Assembly (NCBI GenBank): GCA_040285825.1
Contig: JAUPSS010000002.1
Location: 3,720,001-3,784,000, forward strand
Source of the DNA: Eukaryota sp. TZLM1-RC
Lineage: Eukaryota; Protista; Metamonada: BaSk clade
DNA length: 64,000 nt
Direction: 5' to 3'
Made by a program: the position numbers and the translations under genes. Positions 49,723 to 61,759 of this stretch are shown here, piece after piece. The stretch's first letter is position 1. Every line of letters begins with the position of its first letter. Under the pieces are notes generated by a model. It ran no database searches and was not told the origin of the DNA. It saw only the letters and a program-made list of their open reading frames with translations.

Positions 49723-50142
49723 TTGTGGAACAACTGTTAGTTTTTAATTGAATTTTTAATTAATTTTCTTTATGAATTCAGACTCTTTCTGTTTCAAATG
49801 GTTTTTTCTTGCACTGTTTATGATTTTTTTTATTTATTTATAATTCATAACTAGCTAAATCCTCTTATTCTCTTATGGAGCAATTTTTGTTAATTTTGCA
49901 TTATTTTGATTGTAATCATTTTTCGTAGCTGAAAAATTTGCATAAATGATTGAATAAAGAAGATATGTGTCAAAATTTTCAATTATTGCAGCAGTGTGGT
50001 ACATGTCGGAAATCAACAATTACTATTCGTTATAATAATAATTATTAATAATTTTTGGGTTATTTCATGTGACAATATCGGAATATGGATAAGTGTAGAA
50101 ACCCAAAGTGAGTTATTATTAATAAAACTTTTTATTTACAAC

Positions 50143-53100
50143 TTAAAAGCAACAAAACCTACAAGATTGAACCCCTTGCACTCTTGCTCGTTGTTTAACT
50201 GCTTTTTTGGAAACACCTTCAGGTTCATGACCAACTTGACGCATACATTGCTGCAACAATCGCGTGGCTTCTGAATTTTCTGCTTCTGACGCATAGTTTA
50301 AAAATGGAATCGCTTCATTAAACTCCGATTGATCATAGCAAGATTGACCTACCAAAAAATGAGCTTCAACTACTCGTTCATCACTGGTACTGTTTTTACG
50401 GGCTGAAATGTAATTTCTAAGATATTCATCTCTCAAGGGGCACTCATTGGAGCAATTAATGCCATAAAGGAAAAGAGATTCAACATGGTTCACGGCACAT
50501 GTCCTTTGAAGTAATTCAAGTGCTTTTTCCTTGTTTTTTTCAGTTCCCGAACCAGTCAAATAGCAAACGGCAAGGTGATAAACGCCTTCAATTGGAGCAA
50601 AATGACTGATTTCGCATGGTTGAAAGCAATCGAATGCTTGTTGTTTACAAACATTGATAGTCGACAGTAATTGTTCAGCTTCCTGGCCTGATGAGTTGAG
50701 GTAAACTTTTCTTCTTCTTTCAGCCTTATCGAGGTAATATTTACCAAAATGATAAAGCACAGCAGGACTATTGCCAACTCTTTCATGCAATTGTTCAATT
50801 TCTCTTTCAAAAGTACCTTCATTGGTATTGTTTTGCTTTTCTATTAATATTAATACTTGATACAAACATGCTAATTCATCATTAGGGAGGGTCTCAAAGA
50901 ACTCAATTGCTTTATTTCGAGAATTATCCGAGGGTAAAAGCTCAAAGTAATGGCAAAGTCCAATATACAGATTGGAGTTACTGAATGAATTATTTAATAG
51001 TAATTCACAACAATGTGGTACAATTTCAGGAATAAAGTTGGTAAAATGAAATGTGTCACCTTCCTTTTTTTTGTAATAATCAACTCTTTCAACAACATAC
51101 TTCAAGGCCAAATAAGACAATTGCTTGTGAGAGGAGAAAAAAGACAAAAAATTGTAGAGTAATTCAAATAAAGAAGCCTCCACCATTTCAATTAATTCAA
51201 ATAGATTTGAATCATTTAAAATTGGCGATTTTCCGACATATTTGCCAAGGGATTTTTCAATGAAATTGCCTGTAATTGTGGTAATAGTAGAAAAAAGGTC
51301 AGCAACTGATGATGACAATTGATTGGTGAGTGAGGGTTGATTGATTGTTGAATTTTGGGGTAAAAACTTGGCTAGCTCATTAATTTGCTTAATGTCTTTC
51401 AAAAAAGAATCACTGGCTGATTTTGTAAATATTTTCGAATGATCTTCTTCATTGATTATCTCATCAAGTTGTTGTAGTTCAATCGAAAATGATTGTGTTC
51501 TGGCTGAAGAGATCAAAATATTCAAAATTTCGCAATTCAGTGCTGTGAGCTCATCCGTTGAAATTTTGTGTTCGTCTGACAGCTCAGCATTAGTCATTAA
51601 GCAAGAATGAAGATAAAAAACAGCGTTGCTAATATCGTCATCTTGTGAATTAAACAGATTTAAATAAACTTTGGCTAGATAATAAAAAGCAGGTTTAAAA
51701 TCTGATAATTTCAAAAACCAAAATAAACAAGAATTTTCCTCCATATTTAATTCAGAGTTGTTCCTCAGTAAAAATTTAGCAACTTTAAAGATAGCTTCTT
51801 GGTGACCAAGGTAAGCTGCTTGATATAAATAGTGTAAACAATCGATTTCCACGTCATCAGACCACAACTCACCGGAAAAACGAGGAAAAGCATAAAGTTG
51901 AGTTAGAATTGGAATGAAATTGGAAACTAAACTTGAAACATCAGAGTCTTCATCACGTGAGCAATCAATCAATGGTTGCAAGGCTGATTTAATTGTATCT
52001 AAAATAGGAGTGGTAGGTTTAGATGGATCAACAACAGAAGTGTATCTGATGGAGATCTCTTCCCATATTTGAACTTTGAATGGATGAGCAGAATTATTTT
52101 GAAAATAATTAACAACTTTTTCACACAATTCTCTGGAAATTGACGTGAATTCATTCAAAATAGCAGTAGGACAACCGTCAAGGTGCAAACCTTGCAGTAA
52201 CAATTTATGTGATTTATCAAGATCTTTTTCTACAAATTGTTCCTTAATGTAGAGCAAACCTAGTAAATAATAAGGTTTGGGTGAATCAAGTTCGGTTTTC
52301 CATTGGTAAAGTAAATCAAAATACAAAAGATGACTATCAGGAGTGGCAACAGTTAATAACTGGGAAAATAAAGTAATGTAATCATCGTTTGATTGATAAT
52401 CGACACCTTCCGTTGGTAAATCCCCAAGTGTTTGGTTGATAAAATCAGAAATTTCACGTTCTACACGTAGTAGTGACGTGGCACTTGGAAGGGGTTTAAA
52501 AGTGCGAACTAACTTGACATTGCAACCTCCAAAGCAACTTCTTAGTAAGGTTAATAATTCAAAATAGTTTTTGGTTTGGTTTAGGTCAGCTTCATCCTGA
52601 TCACCAACTTTCTTAATAAAATTCAAGTAATCTTCAAAACTTGACTGAGCAAAATCATAAAATCCAGATAGAAGAAATGCTCTGGCTCTCAGATGAAGTA
52701 CTTGAGCTTTGTTGTTATTAGGAAAATCAAAATTACTTAAATTTTGGAAATAATTAATAAAAGAGCTCCAAAAAATAGTTTCTAGATAATTTCCAAGATT
52801 AAAGGAATTAATTGTATTTTTAATAATAACTTTAATCACATCTTCTTTATAACAATTTCGTAAATTATGGTCATATTGCAATGAAAAATATTTTGGTGAA
52901 TAATTTAGCAAAAAATCGAAATATTTGGTAAAATTTTGATTGGGATCAGCAGCCCGACCATGAATGGGTGCATTTGATTTAAATACATTTCCAACATCTG
53001 TCTTTTTAATTGAAGAAATCACGTCAGCAAGATCTTGACGTCCTGCCAAGTCAAGACATTTATGAGCCTTTGCCAAGGAAAAGCTGGTTTTTGATGATAG

Positions 53101-55304
53101 ATAAGTGATTGCTGCCTTGAAATAATTTGGTTCAGGAGATAATTCGTATATTTTAGCTAGAGTGGCAAAGGAAACTCCACGTGATATGATTACGTCAGCA
53201 TCGACAAAATGAATGGTTCTGTAGAACAATTTGGTGGCAAATAATTCTGCAACTTCTGGTGAGATAGTATCCACAGATTTGATACCAAATTCGACTTCAA
53301 AGAGCTCAACGAAATTTTCGTGGAGTAACACGGAATTTTCACAAGGCGGACTTCTGAAAAACCAAGTAACGAGTTCCCTAAATAGAAACAAATTTGATGG
53401 ATTTTGGATAAAAATATTGGATAAACTGACTAGCACTTCTTGGGAAGGATCTTCATTAAAATTACTGACTCTGCCTAAAGAACCACAGTTCTGTGACACA
53501 AAGTCTTCCAATATTTCCAGAGGGACGTCGTGTAATTGCAAAATTTGGTCTACGTCAATAGAGATCAATGATTTCGGAAGTAGAGGTGCTAATTGATTGG
53601 ACTTGCAGGTAGAAACAAAGCGATGTACATCGACATTACCAATCAAATTCACCAAAAATTCAAGGTAATCCGTAACAGCCTCACTAGCTGAAATTTTAAG
53701 AGCTTCACCATAAAGACCTAACGTAATTAAACCAATGAAATTCTGCTCATCAGATGGAAAATTTGGTAAAACGTCCTTATCACTGACAACATCACTATCA
53801 TTTTGATTGTTATCACCAGGTTTATGGACTTCTTGCATTGGAGTGTCTGTTTTTGAATTACCTTGTTCAAAACCTTGATTACCATTTACAAAAGCATTTT
53901 TAGAATCAAAAGTATTGTCAGAATCTGTCTCACTTGGTGTCTCACTTGGTGTCTCACGTGGTGGATCACGTGGTCGTTCAGTAGGTGTCTCACGTGGTGG
54001 ATCACGTGGTCGTTCAGTAGGTGGATCACGTGGTCGTTCAGTACTATCCTTGGGGTCTTCGTTTTGACCTTTTCCAGGGTCTTTTTTGTCCCAATCATCA
54101 CTGTCAGAATCATCAGAATCAGAGCTTGGGTTGAGGTTATGGCTAGCAATTAAACCATCAATGCCAGCAACAAGTCCTCCGTGACAAGGGGAAATTTTCT
54201 TGTTATTTCCAAACGATCCCTTCTTGAACCCAAACAAATTAAGGACATTTTCCCTAACAAAATTCAATTCCAACCCACCCCCAATCAAAATCACATCATT
54301 GATTTGAGTGATTCTCTGGTTTTCAAACAATCGCAAACTACACTTCTTAAGTTCTTCCAATAATGGCTGGCATTGAATAATAAAATCATTAATGTTTAAT
54401 TTAGTTTCATGTGGTTTGTCTTCACCAACAAAACTACAAAACACGTCTACAGAATCTTGACTGGTATTGCATTCGCGCTTGATTTTCTCTGCAATATTGA
54501 AGATTTCAAGTCTTGCTGATTCAAGCTGCTTACGTGTCATATCTGAAACTTCTTCAGAAATCATAGGTTCAAAAACTTCAATTTTTCCAACCTTTTCAGC
54601 AATAATTAATGCCATAACAAATGTATAGTCCCTTCCACCGGTCATTTGCTCAACAACAACTGGTTCCTTCCCTTTTTGAATCAACACCATCTTGGTCTGA
54701 GCATGTCCCATATCGACCACTACCACTGACGGAGAGTTGGGGTAGTAATACCGAACAGAGTGAGAGAGGGCCGTTGAGCTGGAGAGGGGGGACTGGTGGA
54801 TGACCCAGTTAGTGAGAGAATTGTTGATGAAGGAGAGGATCGCTTGTCGAGGGTGATCGTTCCAGTATGAAGGAAGAACTAGAGCGACATAGAAAGAAGC
54901 TTCGTTAGTTTCGTGGAGGAGAGATTTGTTGATGTGTTGAAGGATGAATTCAAGACATTCCAGATAGTAGACAGATTTTCCCTTGGGGTGAACAAACCTA
55001 TGGTCATGAGCATGCAGGTATTCCGAATGAGCGAGACGCAATTTGAGATCGACTTCCTTAAGAAGAAGAGGGATTGAGTGAACACGGTTTGTTGAAAGAT
55101 CAGTACCAGGGGCAAAGTTGAGCTTTCCCTTTTTGTTGAGAGTGAGACAGTTCCTGAGATGAGCAGTAGAGGGATTACTTACCAAAAAGTCTTGGAATGT
55201 ACCGTCTGGTTTAAAGAAGGAACAGAGAGATTGTCGACCCGAGTGAAATGGACACGAGTTTCATTAGAGCCAATGTCTATGGCAACAAGAATCGAAGGTG
55301 GCAT
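50143..55304 (-). CDS. About 1710-aa protein: divergent Hsp70-like nucleotide-binding domain, acidic/repeat linker, long TPR/SEL1-like helical region; 1 intron
   Basis: Exon 1 (55304-55183) encodes ILVAIDIGSNET (phosphate-1). Intron 55154-55182 (29 nt). Then LVLPSYW, VVVDMGH, GGRDYT, AEKIK, VILIGGG; SEL1-like YHLAVCYLTGSGTEKNKEKALELL. Confidence 0.8.
53926..54043 (-). repeat. Coding tandem repeat (TERPRDPP / RETP / SETP) in the linker of the 1710-aa protein
   Basis: Repeated GGTGGATCACGTGGTCGTTCAGTA and GGTGTCTCAC units seen directly. Confidence 0.9.
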
Positions 55305-55494
55305 TGATAGATTGGTTGTGTTGCTTCAAAAAAATTTACACTTTGACCAACGATTGGAACATTAAAAATCACTTTGTTAGCAACAGGGTGCATAGAATGT
55401 TCAACTTCTTCTTGCTCATCACATGAGAAACATGAAAAGTTGAGTCAATGTTGTCAAAACATGAATAACATCTCAAAACATTTTTAAACAAATT

Positions 55495-56077
55495 TGTAAG
55501 ATTTTGTAAATTTTCATACCCCAAATCAGCTAGGAAGAAGTGACTGGAAGTTTTTCCTTCATAAAAACGACCAAAAGATATTAAAGCAGAAGATAATAAG
55601 GGGACAACACCTATAAGAAATTGAAAACACAATTATATTCTGCCAAAACATTTTACCAAAACATTCTCCTGTAGGTTGTTTTACAATTTCCACAAAATCA
55701 TTCAAAAAAGATAGAGCAAACGGTCCAAACGTGTCATGTAGGGAAATGGCAAATGAAAAAAGGACATAAAGAGTGTGCGATTCAGCGTTCAAGGATAGCA
55801 ACTTTCCTTAATATTTATCAATTTTACAATTTTCGGCAACAGACAGCGGATTCTTGTGTTTCATCTGAGCCAACGGTAAAAAAGAATTACAACACACATC
55901 AGTAGTTCTCACATCAGTAATGATAGTGGTCCCTTCAAGACCTCCAAGCATTAAATCACCTCTAATCCGACCAAAAGAATTCAAAGTATCTTCATCAACC
56001 AAACAAGAGAGTAATGGTTCTAAATAGGAAAAAATTCTGTGTGACTTTGACATACAATAGAGTTGATCCCTAACTGC
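55495..56077 (-). mobile_element. 5'-truncated or internally deleted family D copy
   Basis: ORFs 56053-55808 and 55801-55559. Confidence 0.85.
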
Positions 56078-56359
56078 ACTGATGCTGGATAATTATTTCC
56101 ATTGGCCAGGGTCGAAATTAATTAAGAAATCTTGGAAAATGTATTTTTCGATTATTCAGACAGATAGAAAAACAACAAAATGTAAGATTTTGGAAGTCAC
56201 ATGAAACACAGATTTTCAATAAAAAATGGTTTTTATTGAGCTTTCAGAAAAAAGTAGGAAAAACTATATAAAATCATATTTTTATTTATTTTTGTCATTT
56301 TAAAAGATTAAATAAATTCAAAAAAACTAATGATACTGAAAAACTGAAAAAAAAACAAA

Positions 56360-57973
56360 TTAAACTTTAGATCTATGTTTTGGAACAAAAGTAAAGTTCT
56401 CAGGAACTTTTCCCAACAACATTTCAGAAATACTTATCCAATCTGAAACCCTGCTTGAAGCTAAAAGAGATTCCATATCGTTTCTTCCCTTGAAAGGGGG
56501 TGCCCTAAGGTTTAATTCGTGAACTTCTTGTAAGATACCGACAGGAACATATCTCGTATAGAAGGAAAGCCATTCTAAGAGGTATCTTCTGGTGGTTTCC
56601 ACCCCTTGAATATCCGAACCCCAGAAAGAGAGACCTAAATTACAAAACTTTCTTAACAAGTCAAACCTTTCCGAAGAAGTCTTGTCGATGATTTGACCTG
56701 TTTTGAGCTCCTCAAAGATCCAGGGCTTCATTAATGCACCTCTACCCACTGCATAATGAGAAATTCCCAAATTATTTAATTGTTCTAAATGTTTTGGCAA
56801 ATAAATATCCCCATTGGCTACCAAAAGAGCTGCATTACTTTGATCTCTATTCAAAATATTGTTAATATTCGCCAAATATTCGTAATCTGCTTTTTTACTA
56901 TATCTTTGTTGTGCAGTCCTTCCATGCATCATAATCGAATCAACCCCCCAATCAATCACGTCACCCACCCAGTTATGAACCGTCGGGTCAGAAATTCCCT
57001 GTCTGATTTTGATTGACAAAAACTTATTAGAAACACTTCTAATTCCTTGCACCAAACCTTTAATCTTACTCTTATTCCTCATCAAAGCGCTTCCCATTCC
57101 TCTTTTAGTAACAACATCTATAGGACAAGCGCAATTAAGCGACATCCAGTCAAATTCTACATTCTCTTCCAAAAAACAAGCACTTTTCTTTGCCAACAGA
57201 GGATTTCCAGCAACTAATTGAACCCCAAACCTCTTTTCATCAGCATGTTTTCGTAATAAACCCAACTCAGAAGCATTTCCCTGCATCAAAGACCACGAAC
57301 TGACCATTTCAGAACAAGTGAATAGATCTGAATCAAAATCAAGGCAGATTTTACGGAATGGAGCATGGCCTAAAGTGGCTAAAGGAGCAAGCCATGACGT
57401 GGATTGTGAGCTGTTGACGTGTATTTTTGACCTTTCGGTGTAAATAGGAATCAGTTCGTCCTTGTTAAAGTACTTATTCTTTTGAAGTTTAAACTTTGTT
57501 TCCACTTCTATATGGTTATCGTAATGGACTGTCTGAAATGGCTTTTCTGGAGGATTTGATGGTGTTACATGGTCTTTACCAAGACAAGTGATTCCAAATG
57601 AGCAGCAGCTATTGTTAGGGTTAGGGTTAGGGTTAGCGTCAGGGTGTGATGGGGAGAAGGGACACGGGAGATCAAGAGTGGAAGGTTTTTTTGCAAGGAA
57701 ACCATCAACATCATGTGAAAATTTGCAATTCTCTCTGGGACATGGTTGGTTGTTGACGACGGCTGTGCAGAGCTTATCAAAGGATTTGATGTAAAGAAGG
57801 TTTTTCTTGTTGCGCTTGGCAAAAGCTCCACGTTTTTTGGGTTCGGAGTCAGAAGTAGTGGAGCTTGAAGTTCTTTTTGAGCCTGCTTCATTGTCCACTT
57901 GTTCAGTTAGAAGAAATTCGGGTTTAATAGATGCTTCACCGGGGGCATTAGTAGTTGGTGGCTGTTCAGACAT
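56360..57973 (-). CDS. DUS3: tRNA-dihydrouridine(47) synthase DUS3
   Basis: CCCH zinc finger (C..CKFSHD), LAPLATLGHAPFR, NCACPID, HGRTAQQRYSKKADY, NGDI, GRGALMKPWIFEE, WGSD..G, FVPKH. Likely start is MSEQ at 57973. Confidence 0.93.
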   Translation of the reverse strand: MSEQPPTTNAPGEASIKPEFLLTEQVDNEAGSKRTSSSTTSDSEPKKRGAFAKRNKKNLLYIKSFDKLCTAVVNNQPCPRENCKFSHDVDGFLAKKPSTLDLPCPFSPSHPDANPNPNPNNSCCSFGITCLGKDHVTPSNPPEKPFQTVHYDNHIEVETKFKLQKNKYFNKDELIPIYTERSKIHVNSSQSTSWLAPLATLGHAPFRKICLDFDSDLFTCSEMVSSWSLMQGNASELGLLRKHADEKRFGVQLVAGNPLLAKKSACFLEENVEFDWMSLNCACPIDVVTKRGMGSALMRNKSKIKGLVQGIRSVSNKFLSIKIRQGISDPTVHNWVGDVIDWGVDSIMMHGRTAQQRYSKKADYEYLANINNILNRDQSNAALLVANGDIYLPKHLEQLNNLGISHYAVGRGALMKPWIFEELKTGQIIDKTSSERFDLLRKFCNLGLSFWGSDIQGVETTRRYLLEWLSFYTRYVPVGILQEVHELNLRAPPFKGRNDMESLLASSRVSDWISISEMLLGKVPENFTFVPKHRSKV

Positions 57974-58069
57974 TAGCCAAAAATGCTGATGGATGTGGAT
58001 GAACAATGTACGATTTTTGATCACACAATGTGATTCACCTAAGACGCACTGTTACCTCCCCCCCAACCA

Positions 58070-59215
58070 ATGGACATTTTATCCAATGCTATCAATATAC
58101 TTCAAGACTTCAAACCCTCCGTTTCTGTCAGTCAACTCTTGAGAACTACAGATCTGGAAAAATTTAAGGAAGCAATATCACTTCATCACAAACTTCCCTC
58201 TACAATGCATCAGTCATGGACAGCCGTTGTAAAGAACCCCATCAACAACACTGAGGACCTTATCGCAGCTCTCAAGGTCTTTGCTTCACGCACTGCTGAA
58301 ATGGGTTTTGATGTTGAGGGTTTCAATTTAGAGGATACCACATTCTCAGTCATTTTAGTGGCGGATCTTGAAGAATTCAGATCACGATCAACAAAAAAGA
58401 CCTTCAATTCCATCTTGGAGGCAGCCTCTGGATACTGGCAACAGTTCACTCTTCGCCTGTGGTATATCTTCTTCAAACTACAAATATCCAGCTCTGATTT
58501 AGACTTTGTCGCTCTGGACGTCTATGTCAACACTGATGAGATATATGAGTATGAATATGATGAGTCAGATGAAGAGGAGGAAGAACACTTGTTTATTGGA
58601 ACCGTACGTGCTTCGAGAAGGATTTTTGATGAAGTTGTTGTCCCTTTTATGCAGCCGTTAGAGCAGAGTTGGTTGGAAAAACCTGATCCTAATACTGGTC
58701 CAGAAGAAATGAAACTTTTTTATGCAAACGTTGAGGTATTATCTGATTACTGTAAGCAATTCCCTTATTACTACTTCATTAAACCCGTTGAACTCAGTGA
58801 TAGTGATAGTTCAGATAGTGATTCTGAAATGGAATTTGGTTTCGGTGACCAATATTTGGATCATTTTGATGGCTTTGATGGCTTTGATGATGATTTTGGA
58901 AACCATCAGGTTTACCACAATGGGGAGGTTTATGATTATCAATTTCCTGATTCTGATGATGATACTTATTTTGGACATCCTTATTCCAAACATGATTTTC
59001 GCAATTTAATGTTACAACAGTTGAGTATATCAGCTGCTGCCGATCGATCGGGTGTCAAGTCTGGTTCACAAGTTCCAAAGAGAAGAGCGGTACCAAAGGT
59101 GAAGAAGGGTAAGGTAGCACCACCACCCAAGCCAGCTAAACCAAAGCCAGTTATTCCCAAGAAGAAACCCACTCCTTCAAAGCCACCAAAGAGGAATACA
59201 AGGAAGAGGAAGTAG
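58070..59215 (+). CDS. Hypothetical protein with acidic tracts and a Lys/Pro-rich basic tail (possible NLS)
   Basis: 381-aa ATG-initiated ORF with coding-like composition; no family recognised. Confidence 0.7.
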   Translation: MDILSNAINILQDFKPSVSVSQLLRTTDLEKFKEAISLHHKLPSTMHQSWTAVVKNPINNTEDLIAALKVFASRTAEMGFDVEGFNLEDTTFSVILVADLEEFRSRSTKKTFNSILEAASGYWQQFTLRLWYIFFKLQISSSDLDFVALDVYVNTDEIYEYEYDESDEEEEEHLFIGTVRASRRIFDEVVVPFMQPLEQSWLEKPDPNTGPEEMKLFYANVEVLSDYCKQFPYYYFIKPVELSDSDSSDSDSEMEFGFGDQYLDHFDGFDGFDDDFGNHQVYHNGEVYDYQFPDSDDDTYFGHPYSKHDFRNLMLQQLSISAAADRSGVKSGSQVPKRRAVPKVKKGKVAPPPKPAKPKPVIPKKKPTPSKPPKRNTRKRK

Positions 59216-59495
59216 GGTGTGGTTTATCGATAAATGATTTGACTGATTTAATTGAATTTAATTTTGATTTATTTGCTTTTCTATTGCTATTACTTTTGCA
59301 ATAGTGAGATTACGACTTTTTTGTTGTTGTTAAGAGAATAGTGGTTTTGGAAGCATTGTTTTTTAACCATTGCTGGTCCACATAAAGTTTTGTGCAGTTT
59401 ATTTGACCTTTGACTGAGGTTTGATTTATCTAGAGTAGAGGAGACAAAAATGTGATATCAAATTACAATTAATTCAAAAATTTTCAAAAAAAAAC

Positions 59496-60323
59496 TTAAT
59501 ACTTACATTTATAAATATACAAATAAACCCAGAACGAAAACACCCCTCCACTCACAAACAAATGAAACAAAACATGGGAATGAAATACACTGCCAAACTT
59601 TCTTAATAATTTATTGGTTTTAAAGAAACGTTCTGGAATTCTTAAAACATATAAAATTGTACCAATAGCATAGAATAACAACATTATTGCAAAAAATTTG
59701 ATTGAATTATAAGGAATGAAACAACCTAGATACCAAGCATATAGCAGAACAAAAAACAAATAACACCCTTGTAGGACGAATACAACTGCTCTCAGCAAGG
59801 CATGAGACGGAGAGCAGAACTTTGGGATGAGTAGAAGAGCAAGGGGTATTGAAGCTAAGAAACAGCAGATTAGGGTAAATACAAGCTCTAACTGCCCATT
59901 GAAAAGTTGTGTAATGTAGCAGAGGGTGGTAGTACAAATTTGAAGAGAAATAGAAGCTAAATCTAATCGAACCAGGTTGTAATAAGCTTTTTTGGAAATA
60001 CAATTAAATGAATGAAAAATAGTAGATGTTGCAAATACCATAATCGAGCTGCAAAAGTAAGCGATATGGTGCGGTGATGGTGTAATTGGTAAATAGTTAA
60101 TCACTATAAAAACAAAGAATATCAAGCTAAGAAGATGAGTGTAGATATTGAGAGTTTGGTTGTGGAGCTTGAAAATAGAGGCTATACAATTTCTGAATGT
60201 ATGATGAACTCGGTAAAAGTAGTGGATGTACTGATTCCCTTGTAGGAAAGCAGGTGCATCAGGGTAAACCGTGTAAGACGCAGACGGGCGAGAAAGGAGA
60301 GGTTCTGTTGAAGTAGGCGACAT
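59496..60323 (-). CDS. PAQR/hemolysin-III (adiponectin receptor-like) membrane protein
   Basis: NQYIH..YR, SIFKLHNQTLNIYTH, STIFHSF, RLDLASI, RIPER, SHVLFH. Start is 60323 or 60371. Confidence 0.9.
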   Translation of the reverse strand: MSPTSTEPLLSRPSASYTVYPDAPAFLQGNQYIHYFYRVHHTFRNCIASIFKLHNQTLNIYTHLLSLIFFVFIVINYLPITPSPHHIAYFCSSIMVFATSTIFHSFNCISKKAYYNLVRLDLASISLQICTTTLCYITQLFNGQLELVFTLICCFLASIPLALLLIPKFCSPSHALLRAVVFVLQGCYLFFVLLYAWYLGCFIPYNSIKFFAIMLLFYAIGTILYVLRIPERFFKTNKLLRKFGSVFHSHVLFHLFVSGGVFSFWVYLYIYKCKY

Positions 60324-60396
60324 TGTTCTGTTGCCATTTTTGGGGCATTCAATCTGATGTTGATGAATCATCTCAACTTGAGATTTTCAAGTATCA

Positions 60397-61717
60397 ATGA
60401 ACATACCTTCATTGCAACTCCTTTTAGGAGTCTTTTTAGTCCTTGCCGTTGCTGCTGACTGGAACGATATCGATGGTCTCGTCTTGAAAGGTATCAGGGA
60501 TAAGATTTATCCTGGTGCATCAGCTATTGTATACTCCCAACAGCATGGTATTCTTTATCATAAACACTTTGGTCGTTTTAGTTATGGAGAACCTATTCCT
60601 TACAACAAAAATCCTCCTCCTGTTGATGATGACAGTATATGGGACATGGCCTCTTGTACTAAAACGGTCGCCACAACATCTGCACTTGCTCAGTTCTATG
60701 AAAGAGGTGAATTAGATCTAGACACCCCCATAGCCGATCCCTCACTACTAGGTCCTGCTTTCGCTGCTGCTTCCAAGGGTAGTATTACTCTTCGTCACGT
60801 ACTGCTTCACCAATCTGGGTTACCACCTGATCCTTCCCCTAATTTCATGTCCAAAGCCTTTGGTTGTCCCGCTTCTAAGGAAACCCCTCCTCCTGAAACC
60901 TTTTCTTGTCTTCCCAGAATTCACAATGCTATCATGAACCAGCCAGTTGTTCGTCCTCCTGATACCAAGTATGTCTACTCTGATCTTTCAATGATGATTG
61001 GTGCTCTTACTGTTGGTAGCCTTGCCCGTAGACTTGGCTACGTTGAAGCCCATCACACCGAACCAGACTGTGCTTCTTTCCTCACCATCAATGAAGCCGA
61101 CTCCTCTCTCCCCGTGGATATTTGTTATTACAGAGCATATGTTGCTCGTCATGTTCTAGGCCATCAGTTTGATGGAAATTTAATGAAGTTTTACGTTCCT
61201 CATTTTGAAAGATCCAAATGTCCTCCACAATGGTTTGTCTTCCCCATTTCGCCTTTCTTACTCTAGGAATGCCACTGATGTTGGTAGAGGTATCATCCAA
61301 GGTAGCTGCAGTGATGAGAATTCTTACGCCGCTGGAGGTGCTCTAGGACATGCTGGGCTATTCGCCACGTCACACGGTGTTGTTTCTTTTGTTGCTGAGC
61401 TGATGAATGGTCAAATTGTCAACACAACCACTCTCAATACCTTTTCCAAAGTTGGGAACAAGACCTTCTCATCAAGAGCTTTGGGTTGGGATACTAATCT
61501 CAAACCTGGTGGTTACTCTTGCGGCTCGCTTTCAGAGGAGACTTTTCTTCATTTGGGGTATACTGGGACTATGATTTGTATAGATCCTGTTCGTTCTATT
61601 TCAGCTATTCTGCTGACAAACCGGACTTATCCTAATAAAAATGAGAAATCTGTGGGTCCTACTAGAAATGCATTTAGCACATTAGTTCAGCAGATTTTTG
61701 ATGAACATTTTAGTTGA
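60397..61717 (+). CDS. Secreted beta-lactamase-fold serine hydrolase (class C/PBP-like), 428 aa, 1 intron
   Basis: Signal peptide; WDMASCTK (SxxK), LLHQSGL, YVYSD, GHAGLF, HLGYTG, LLTNR. A 34-nt GT-AG intron at 61233-61266 joins the two ORFs in frame. Confidence 0.88.
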
Positions 61718-61759
61718 TTTGTTTTGTAAAATTTATTATTGATTTAATTTACTTAAAAC

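Noticed and set aside
57615-57636. (TTAGGG)3 telomere-like repeat
   Set aside because: It lies inside the DUS3 ORF and encodes NPNPNP; too short and internal to be a telomere.
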